Below, in pieces: positions 1 to 9,352 of a DNA stretch of 26,103 bases (the first letter of the stretch is position 1; each line of letters begins with the position of its first letter). The notes below the pieces were generated by a model. It was not told the origin of the DNA. It did no database searches and worked only from the letters and a program-made list of their open reading frames with translations. The stretch lies in assembly GCF_006345805.1 (NCBI RefSeq), contig NW_021835645.1, positions 1 through 26,103 on the forward strand. Direction: 5' to 3'. This DNA comes from Octopus sinensis (lineage: Eukaryota). Made by a program: the position numbers and the translations under genes.

Positions 1-62
1 ATGTGTGTGTGTTTATGTATGTATGTATGCATGCATGTATGTGTCTATGTATGTGTGTATGT
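1..62. repeat. (TG)/(TATG) compound microsatellite
   Basis: Direct: tgtgtgtg, (tatg)n and (catg) units. Confidence 0.9.
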
Positions 63-554
63 CGTTTTTCTCTGTTCAAAATACAAATGTGGAGAAAAAA
101 TATAAGGGCAGCAACGTTACATTAAGTAAAAAAAAACCAGAAAGAGGAGGAGGAAGAGAAGAAGCAGAATGACAAAGGAGGGAGGGGGGAGAAGTAAAAG
201 TAGAAAAGTAGAAACGCTTTCAAGTATTTATTTTTTGTGCTTCCAAAATTACGTCTCATAAAACGAAACTTCCATTCAACAATCGGTCCCCGAACGAATA
301 TGAAAAAGACAAAGGTTAACACATAACGATAGCTGTGTCTTTTAAATCGCCATTAAAACGTCTATCATCATCATCATCATCATCATTATTATTATTAGTT
401 TCATCTGCATTTTTTTCTACCTTATTTTTTTTCTCTCGTAAAATGTGGTTGGAATGAAGTAAAAATAAAGGACACAGAAAGGAATATTACACACATCGTC
501 ACATTTTTGACAGTGACAAAAGAAAAAAAAACAAAAAAAAAATGCAAAACATAC

Positions 555-629
555 AACGAAGGTGAATATACGACTGTCTTAATTGGCTGAGATGATTCTT
601 CATCGATGGGTTTCAAGACATGGTCTCCT
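555..629 (-). CDS. Candidate 75-nt internal exon (phase 2-2), peptide GDHVLKPIDEESSQPIKTVVYSPS, product unknown
   Basis: Minus strand: AG-free polypyrimidine tract (ttcttttttttctataccgttgAG), open frame, then GTATGT donor at 554-549. No homology recognised. Confidence 0.3.
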
Positions 630-842
630 CTCAACGGTATAGAAAAAAAAAGAATTAAAGCAAACTTTAGATAAGACAAGATACTTGGATAACTTAGTAG
701 AACAAGCACTATATAAATATAGAAAAAAATACTGACACCTAGGGATATAACAGCTACAACATTCGGTAAAAACATTGGAACCATACATCAAGTTCAACCT
801 GGTTATTGGATGGATGAATGAGTAATAAAAGTTATATAGTCC

Positions 843-973
843 TTTCTGATATAGGCACAAGGCCTGAAATTTTGTGGGGGAAGTGGGATAGTCGATTACA
901 TCGACCCCAGTGTTTCACAGGTATCGACCCCGAAAGAATGAAAGACAAAGTTGATATCGGCGGAATTTGAACC
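843..973 (-). mobile_element. tRNA-derived SINE, family B (same head as A, different tail), 5'-truncated at the B box
   Basis: aggcctgaaattttgtggggg...agtcgattacatcgaccccag...ggcggaatttgaacc matches the other B copies in the window. Confidence 0.8.
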
Positions 974-1213
974 TATTTCTATTTGTTTATTACCCACAAG
1001 AAGCTAAACACAGAAAGACAAACAAGGACAGACAAACAGATTAAGTCGATTACATCGACCCCAGTGCGAAACTGGTATCTATTTAATCGACCCCGAAAGG
1101 ATGAAAGGCAAAGTCGACCTCGGCGGAATTTGAACTCAGTACGTAACGGCAGACAAAATACCGCTAAGCATATATTTTGCCGGCGTGCTAACGTCTCTGC
1201 CAGCTCGCCGTCT
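974..1213 (-). mobile_element. tRNA-derived SINE, family A, full length
   Basis: Sense reads agacggcgagctggcagagacgttag (A-box-like)...gagttcaaattcc (B box)...aaatagaaata tail; high similarity to five other A copies. Confidence 0.92.
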
Positions 1214-1409
1214 TTTAAAGATATATAATCTGAATACAACACAACCTATATTACACTTAACGATAATTCTAATATTAAAAAAATTAAAAGTCCACATCCT
1301 ATTAACTCTGAGAGTTCAATTCTTCCTCATACAAGCCACAAAATGTTCTCCAGTTTAATAATGCAACATTAAATTTCAATGTAAACATAAATGTTGTAAA
1401 GTTTAGGAC

Positions 1410-1628
1410 AAATTCCGCCAAGGTCGACTTTGCCTTTCCTCCTTTTAAATAAGTACCAGTTATGCACTGTGGTCGATGTAATTGACTTAATCTGTTTATC
1501 TGTCCTTGTTTGTCCTCTCTGTGTTTAGCCCATTGTGGGTGGTAAAGAAATAGAAATAGGTTCAAATTCCGCCGATATCAACTTTGTCTTTCATCCTTTC
1601 GGGATCGATAAATTAAATAAACTGTTAC
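1410..1628 (+). mobile_element. SINE A 3' part (1410-1558) fused to a second truncated SINE head (1559-1628)
   Basis: aaattccgccaaggtcgactttgcc...gtaaagaaatagaaata followed directly by ggttcaaattccgccgatatcaactttg. Confidence 0.85.
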
Positions 1629-1848
1629 ATCGGATGATACTCTCGCGATGTTCCCTCATACTTTAAAACGAGGAACACATAATGATACAGAACGAGAAAA
1701 TAAAAGTTGATAAAAAAATCTTTAGTCTTAAAAAATATCGCAAGAAATATCGAAGATAAAAGCCATATCAATTTGATCAAAAGCAAAATAACAGCCAATA
1801 ATTAACACACACACACACACGTATGCATGCATATATGTATATACATAC

Positions 1849-2178
1849 TGAGACCCCCTTCGGTCATGACTGACCATGGGATTGTACATAGAAAGCTACC
1901 CTCCCAGGTACAAGTCCGGGCAAGGTTGTTTATAGAAGACCAGCAGTCACCCATGCATACCAGCCTCCCCTCTCCACGCCACAGGTGTTGTCCAAGGGAA
2001 AGGCAAAGACAATGATACAGCTTGGCACCTGTGATGTCGCAACTCATTTCTACAGCTGAGTGAACTGGAGCAATGTGAAATAAAGTGTCTTGCTCAAGAA
2101 CACAACACACAGCCCGGTCCGGGATTCGAACTCACAACATCACGATCGTAAGCTCGACACTAATCACTGAGCCATGCG
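1849..2178 (-). mobile_element. tRNA-derived SINE, family C, with CORE-like central domain
   Basis: Sense: cgcaTGGCTCAGTGattag (A box)...gaGTTCGAATCCcgg (B box), then tcttgagcaagacactttatttcacattgctccagttcactcagctg (CORE/MIR-like; inference). Confidence 0.85.
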
Positions 2179-2211
2179 TTTTCACTATATATATACATAG
2201 ACTCTTAATAT

Positions 2212-2626
2212 ATTTCTTTATTGCCCACAAGGGGCTAAACACAGAGGGGACAAACAAGGACAGACAAACGGATTAAGTCGATTACATCGACTCCAGTGCG
2301 AAACTGGTACTTTATTTATCGACCCCGAAAGGACGAAAGGCAAAATCGACCTCGTCGGAATTTGAACTCAGAACGTAACGGCAGACGAAATACCTATTTC
2401 TTTATTGCCCACAAAGGGCTAAACATAGAGGGGACAAACAAGGACAGACAAAGGGATTAAGTCGATTATATCGACCCCAGTGCATAACTGGTACTTAATT
2501 TATCGACCCCAAAAGGAAGAAAGGCAAAATCGACCTCGTCGGAATTTGAACTCAGAACCTAGCGGCAGACGAAATACCGCCAAGCATTTCGCCCGGTGTG
2601 CTAACGTTTCTGCCAGCTCGTCGCCT
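2212..2626 (-). mobile_element. Dimeric SINE A: full monomer 2395-2626 plus 5'-truncated monomer 2212-2394, inside one 18-bp TSD
   Basis: TSD tacatagactcttaatat at 2194-2211 and 2627-2644. Confidence 0.92.
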
Positions 2627-3004
2627 TACATAGACTCTTAATATTCAACTAATACCGCTAAAGTAAACGGAAACTAACGGTTAAATTAGAAATCTGGTTA
2701 GAATTAAAGCAATGACAATATCAATCCTATGTTCTTCACTTCCTATTATAAAAAATATAAAAAGCAGCAATAAAAACGCCCACGGTCAATATATCAATAT
2801 ATCTCAAAGATAAGCCAAGAGAAAGCCTGAAAATGTCGTTGGAGCAATGATAATTAAACATACGGCACTGATAAGGTGTAAAAACACAATGATACTTTCA
2901 AAATAACGTATTCTGAAGTGAAAATGGTTTACAATCCATGTGCAACGTATAAGTGTTTGTATCACACACACACACACACTTTTATTCCATGCCAACTTCC
3001 AAAT

Positions 3005-3150
3005 CATTTCTCTCTTTCTCTATTTTCTCTCTTTCTCTATTTTTCTCTTTCTCTTTCTTTTTTCTTTCTCCCACCATTTCTTTTTCTTTTTCTTTCTCGC
3101 ACCGATTAATATTTTTTTCTGATTTTCCTTTTCGCTTTCTTTTTCTAGGT
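3005..3150. repeat. Polypyrimidine (CT/T-rich) low-complexity tract
   Basis: Direct composition. Confidence 0.8.
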
Positions 3151-3202
3151 TGTAACAATTAAGTTGTATATGTAGAAATACACACGGAGACGCATTACAC
3201 GA

Positions 3203-3204
<2 letters not shown>

Positions 3205-3259
<55 letters not shown>

Positions 3260-3286
3260 TAGATAGATATACATACATACATATAT
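3205..3286. repeat. (TA)n(GA)n(TAGA)(TACA) compound microsatellite
   Basis: Direct. Confidence 0.95.
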
Positions 3287-3345
3287 TTCGTTTTTGGATT
3301 TGGTTTGCAAGATTCTTTATATGAGTTCGTGTGTTGAAGCGTATT

Positions 3346-3557
3346 CTGTTGTGTCTGGGGAGAGTCATTTACTTTTTGAGCCTTATAATATAACACACTC
3401 ACCGGTAAAATTTGAGAGTCAAGACCATGGAAAAGGTTGCAAGACGCAACGAAAAAAATTTTAGGAAAATAAAAATAAGAAGTAAGTGGAAATTTTACCG
3501 GTGAGTGTGTTAAATAATAAGGCACTAAAAGAGAATGACTCTCCCCAGACACAACAG
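3346..3557. repeat. Fold-back element: 68-bp inverted arms around a 76-bp loop (MITE-like)
   Basis: 3346-3413 versus reverse complement of 3490-3557: 62/68 identical by hand count; the outer 24 bp are perfect. Confidence 0.9.
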
Positions 3558-3875
3558 TACATAATATATATATATATATATAGTTATCCGTAATAATGAA
3601 GGGTGAAATTAATTAATTTGGAATAATTATCAATTACACCAAGTAGTCTTCGGCATGTAAAAGCCTCATTTGAGGAAAATTTAAGTAATACTAAGCAATA
3701 AGGGTTCAGCAACGAATTGCCTTACCACATACCGAATTTAGAAATAGCAGTCAAAGGGTTATAGCTATTTCTTCTACTAAAAAGGGAGATCTCAGTAAAA
3801 ACAGCAATTGGAAGGCGACACAAACAGGTAAGAGAGAATGATTAACCGCAATCTATCAAACATTTTTAAAAGTTA

Positions 3876-3981
3876 TCCACGGACGTACGTTTCGAAATCA
3901 AGTTTTAGGAAAGCATAAGAATTAAAATATTAAATATTAAATAATTCTATCTTACCGAAACTTCTTTTCTCTTCAGCGTGA
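3876..3981 (-). ncRNA. Type I hammerhead ribozyme, copy 1 (1-nt deletion in helix I 5' strand)
   Basis: Reverse complement of tccacggacgtacgtttc...tcttcagcgtga. Confidence 0.75.
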
Positions 3982-4891
3982 ATACTATAATCATAAATGA
4001 TTATATATTGAATTTTGAGATACTAGGAGGTACCAACTCAACTCAGTATCAGAGCGAGCTAGAATCCTCAACTAGTATCACCGAATTCAAATTGTGAATG
4101 AAACGATTGTGTCAACAGCCCCTTCCCACCCGCGTGTAGCCAAAACAGATGCTGTGGTCATCTACTGAGATAAAATATGGTTATCCGTAATAATGAAGGG
4201 TGAAATTAATTAATTTGGAATAATTATCAATTACACCAAGTAGTCTTCGGCATGTAAAAGCCTCATTTGAGGAAAATTTAAGTAATACTAAGCATAAGGG
4301 TTCAGCAACGAATTGCCTTACCACATACCGAATTTAGAAATAGCAGTCAAAGGGTTATAGCTATTTCTTCTACTAAAAAGGGAGATCTCAGTAAAAACAG
4401 CAATTGGAAGGCCGACACAAACAGGTAAGAGAGAATGAATTAACCGCAATCTATCAAACATTTTTAAAAGTTATCCACGGACGTACGTTTCGAAATCAAT
4501 AACCCTTTGAAATCAATAACCCTTTGACTGCTATTTCTAAATTCGGTATGTGGTAAGGCAATTCGTTGCTGAACCCTTATTGCTTAGTATTACTTAAATT
4601 TTCCTCAATGAGGCTTTTACATGCCGAGACTACTTGGTGTAATTGATAATTATTCCAAATTAATTAATTTCACCCTTCATTATTACGATAACCATATTTT
4701 ATCTCAGTAGATGACCACAGCATCTTGTTTTGGCTACACGCGGGTGGGAAGGGGCTGTTGACACAATCGTTTCATTCACAATTTGAATTCGGTGATACTA
4801 GTTGAGGATTCTAGCTCGCTCTGATACTGAGTTGAGTTGGTACCTCCTAGTATCTCAAAATTCAATATATAATCATTTATGATTATAGTAT

Positions 4892-4998
4892 TCCACGCTG
4901 AAGAGAAAAGAAGTTTCGGTAAGATAGAATTATTTAATATTTAATATTTTAATTCTTATGCTTTCCTAAAACTTGATTTCGAAACGTACGTCCGTGGA
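4892..4998 (+). ncRNA. Type I hammerhead ribozyme, copy 2; predicted cleavage after C4992
   Basis: Helix I tccacg/cgtgga, core CTGAAGA at 4898-4904, 76-nt helix II at 4905-4980, GAAA at 4981-4984, C-GTAC-GTC. Confidence 0.88.
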
Positions 4999-5489
4999 TA
5001 CTTTTAAAAATGTTTGATAGATTGCGGTTAATTCATTCTCCTTACCTGTTTGTGTCGGCCTTCCAATTGCTGTTTTTACTGAGATCTCCCTTTTTAGTAG
5101 AAGAAATAGCTATAACCCTTTGACTGCTATTTCTAAATTCGGTATGTGGTAAGGCAATTCGTTGCTGAACCCTTATTGCTTAGTATTACTTAAATTTTCC
5201 TCAAATGAGGCTTTTACATGCCGAAGACTACTTGGTGTAATTGATAATTATTCCAATTAATTAATTTCACCCTTCATTATTACGGATAACCATATTTTAT
5301 CTCAGTAGATGACCACAGCATCTTGTTTTGGCTACACGCGGGTGGGAAGGGGCTGTTGACACAATCGTTTCATTCACAAATTTGAATTCGGTGATACTAG
5401 TTGAGGATTCTAGCTCGCTCTGATACTGAGTTGAGTTGGTACCTCCTAGTATCTCAAAATTCAATATATAATCATTTTGATTATAGTAT

Positions 5490-5593
5490 TCCACGCTGAA
5501 GAGAAAAGAAGTTTCGGTAAGATAGAATATTTAATTTAATATTTTAATTCTTATGCTTTCCTAAAACTTGATTTCGAAACGTACGTCCGTGGA
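5490..5593 (+). ncRNA. Type I hammerhead ribozyme, copy 3; predicted cleavage after C5587
   Basis: Same motif order: tccacg-CTGAAGA-helix II-GAAAC-GTAC-GTC-cgtgga. Confidence 0.88.
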
Positions 5594-6086
5594 TAACTTT
5601 TTAAAATGTTTGATAGATTGCGGTTAATTCATTCTCTCTTACCTGTTTGTGTCGGCCTTCCAATTGCTGTTTTTACTGAGATCTCCCTTTTTAGTAGAAG
5701 AAATAGCTATAACCCTTTGACTGCTATTTCTAAATTCGGTATGTGGTAAGGCAATTCGTTGCTGAACCCTTATGCTTAGTATTACTTAAATTTTCCTCAA
5801 ATGAGGCTTTTACATGCCGAAGACTACTTGGTGTAATTGATAATTATTCCAAATTAATTAATTTCACCCTTCATTATTACGGATAACCATATTTTATCTC
5901 AGTAGATGACCACAGCATCTTGTTTTGGCTACACGCGGGTGGGAAGGGGCTGTTGACACAATCGTTTCATTCACAATTTGAATTCGGTGATACTAGTTGA
6001 GGATTCTAGCTCGCTCTGATACTGAGTTGAGTTGGTACCTCCTAGTATCTCAAAATTCAATATATAATCATTTATGATTATAGTAT

Positions 6087-6192
6087 TCCACGCTGAAGAG
6101 AAAAGAAGTTTCGGTAAGATAGAATTATTTAATATTTAATATTTTAATTCTTATGCTTTCCTAAAACTTGATTCGAAACGTACGTCCGTGGA
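6087..6192 (+). ncRNA. Type I hammerhead ribozyme, copy 4; predicted cleavage after C6186
   Basis: Same motif order as copies 2 and 3. Confidence 0.88.
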
Positions 6193-6378
6193 TAACTTTT
6201 AAAAATGTTGATAGATTGCGGTTAATTCATTCTCTCTTACCTGTTTGTGTCGGCCTTCCAATTGCTGTTTTTACTGAGATCTCCCTTTTTAGTAGAAGAA
6301 ATAGCTATAACCCTTTGACTGCTATTTCTAAATTCGGTATGTGGTAAGGCAATTCGTTGCTGAACCCTTATTGCTTAG

Positions 6379-6380
<2 letters not shown>

Positions 6381-6418
<38 letters not shown>

Positions 6419-6676
6419 TGTATATAATATATACATGCATACATATATATACATACATAATATAGACATACACATATATACATACATATATATATATGTA
6501 TATAATATACATGCATACATATATATACATACATACATATATATACATACATACATATAAACATACATATATATATGTATATATATATACATGCATACAT
6601 ATATATATGTATATATATATACATGCATACATATATATACATACATATATATATGTATATATATATACATGCATAC

Positions 6677-6727
<51 letters not shown>

Positions 6728-6886
6728 CTACATATATACATATATATATATACATGCATATATACATATATATATACATACATGCATATATATATATATA
6801 TACATACATGCATATATACATATATATATACATACATATATACATATATATATACATACATATATTACATACATATATACATATAT
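6381..6886. repeat. Compound (TA)/(TACA)/(TGCA) microsatellite array
   Basis: Direct; source of the YIYI/CMYV ORFs in the track. Confidence 0.97.
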
Positions 6887-7610
6887 GTTGTGGACAACAA
6901 CGTAAGCTGGGCCACTCATATAAACACCAAAGTGACATGGCCCGCAGAATGTGTTCCTGGATTCTCAGAACTTTCCAGTCGAGAGATATCCCACCATTAT
7001 CCTTCTCTTCTCCACTTTTGCCCGACCCCACCTTGAATACTGTTGTCCACTGTGGTCTCCCCACACAATACAAGGTATCATAAAAGTTGAAGCACCTCAA
7101 GGGCAATCACAAAAAGATAGATGGCATGACAGCCTCGACTATTGGGGTCGACTAGAAAAGCTAAAACTCTATTCTCTCCAACGTCGTCGTGAGCGCTACA
7201 TCATCTGCATGATGTGGAAATATTCCATCAGCATTGCCCAAATGATGTTGGCATCACCTTTAAGGTACATCCAAGGCTTGGGCCCCGTGCCATCCGCCCA
7301 AAACAAAAATCGCACTCTCATCTCATAACAACAATACGGCACAATTATTTCACCTCAATTGGCCCCGCTCTCTTAACATTACACCAAAACACATTAAAAC
7401 AGAAACTGACCCTATAGGGTTCAAGAAGTCTTTGGACAGATTCCTTCAAGAAATCCCGGATAAACCCCCTACACCCGGATATGTCTCTGTAAACAATAAC
7501 TCTCTACTTGAGTGGGCCATAGTGCCCAAATTCTGACTTGAAAGACTTCACCAGGTGGTGCTATTAAGTTAGACATGGCCTGGGCCAATAATGGCCGAAA
7601 CCTATCAAAG
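6887..7610 (+). mobile_element. 5'-truncated CR1-group LINE: ORF2 C-terminus (stop at 7534-7536) plus short 3' UTR
   Basis: Frame-corrected peptide [83 protein letters not shown] matches the post-RT region typical of CR1/L2-group LINEs (RPHLEYC..WSP, L.SL..RR). Confidence 0.9.
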
Positions 7611-8266
7611 TATATATATATACATACATATATACATATATATATATACATACATATATACATATATATATATACATACATATATACATATATATATATA
7701 TACATACATATATACATATATTATATACATACATATATACATATATATATAACATACATATATCATATATATATATACATACATATATATACTATATATA
7801 TACATACATATATACATTATATATACATACATACATATATATATATACATACATACATACCATATATATACATACATACTATATATATATATACATACAT
7901 ACATATATATATACATACATATATTACATACATATATACATATATATATATACATACATATATACATATATATATATACATACATATATACATATATATA
8001 TATACATGCATATACATATATATATATACATGCATATATACATATATATATATACATGCATATATACATATATATATATACATACATATATACATATATA
8101 TATATACATACATATATACATATATATATACAGTATAACATACATATTACATATATATATACAGTATACATACATATATACATATATATATACAGTATAC
8201 ATACATATATATATACAGTATACATACATATATATATACAGTATACATACATATATATATACAGTA

Positions 8267-8300
<34 letters not shown>

Positions 8301-8429
8301 TACATACATATATACATATATATATACATACATATATACATATATATACATACATATATACATATATATACATACATATATACATATATACATATATATT
8401 ATATACATACATATATACATATATATATA

Positions 8430-8461
<32 letters not shown>

Positions 8462-8471
8462 CATACATATA

Positions 8472-8503
<32 letters not shown>

Positions 8504-8784
8504 CATACATATATACATATACATACATATATACATATATATATATACATACATATATACATATATACATACATACATATATATATACATATATACATAC
8601 ATACATATATACAACATATATACATACATACATACATATATACATACATATATATATATATATATATACATACATATACATACATATATATACATACATA
8701 TACATACATATATATACATACATACGTATATATACATGCATACATATATATATATATGTATATGTATATATATATATGTATGTA
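7611..8784. repeat. ~1.17-kb compound (TA)/(TACA) microsatellite with higher-order units
   Basis: Direct. Confidence 0.97.
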
Positions 8785-8960
8785 GAGGTTGTTTGGTATG
8801 CGTATGTATAACTAAATGTATTTTTATTATGTTAGTTCTTTGTAATGTTTTTAATTTTATATCTTTTTAATTAATTTAAATTTATTTTACCATTAATTAA
8901 TTTACCCTGGGTATACAAGTTTTTTCCTTCTACTAAAGTTAATTATTGATTTAAGATTTT

Positions 8961-9085
8961 CTTAAATTAGCAACAACGATAGCAACCAATGGCCCAGTGG
9001 TTAGGGAAGCGGACTCGCGGTCGGAGGATCGCGGTTTCGATTCCCAGACCGGGCGTTGTGTGTGTTTATTGAGCTAAAACACCTA
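8961..9085 (+). mobile_element. SINE E head fragment carrying upstream flank of the 9981 copy, between 20-bp direct repeats
   Basis: aattattgatttaagatttt at 8941-8960 and 9086-9105; tRNA-like head tggcccagtggttaggg...ggtttcgattccc. Confidence 0.8.
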
Positions 9086-9352
9086 AATTATTGATTTAAG
9101 ATTTTTATTTCATATAACTGGTTATCGAAAAGTCCGTTAGTAGAAAGGACCAATGAAACAAAACCAATTCCAAATGTGTATCTATCTACGCAACAGTATA
9201 TTTCTACATATAACCTTATTTCTGTTCCATTCTCAACCGAAACTGTCCGACGCAGGAAACGTGAAACTCTGAGTAATAATTTTTGTGGTGTTTTTGAAGC
9301 TCTTTTAATAAAGAATATTACTACTCTACCTCCGGTATTCGAGTATTATTTT

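Larger units (their letters stand above)
3583..6383. mobile_element. Tandem plus inverted array of a ~597-bp hammerhead-ribozyme monomer (Penelope-associated / non-LTR retrozyme-like)
   Basis: Minus arm 3583-4499 has unit starts at 3583 and 4180. Plus arm 4517-6383 has unit starts at 4517, 5113, 5710 and 6308. (TA)n flanks both ends. Confidence 0.85.

Noticed and set aside
5297-5494. ORF with NFEILGG...LESSTSITEFK, loosely like the C-terminal end of a Penelope GIY-YIG endonuclease
   Set aside because: It is antisense to the ribozyme, depends on an indel present in one copy only, and lacks the GIY/YIG motifs. An HMM search would be needed to revive it.
3583-6383. Regular repeats suggesting a CRISPR array or centromeric satellite
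   Set aside because: No unique spacers and a eukaryotic context; few copies, an inversion and a ribozyme favour a retroposed origin.
7575-7605. ggcc-aataat-ggcc-GAAAC at the LINE 3' end looks like hammerhead helix II plus GAAA
   Set aside because: No CUGANGA core, and no helix I/III or cleavage triplet; better explained as a LINE 3' stem-loop.
6328-8811. Long ORFs up to 378 aa (YIYIH / MYVCI repeats)
   Set aside because: Translations of TA/TACA microsatellites, which lack stops by composition; no coding signal.
8988-9050. tRNA-like sequences (also near 2120-2178 and 9987-10030)
   Set aside because: They are SINE heads with no complete cloverleaf or acceptor stem and continue into SINE bodies; not tRNA genes.
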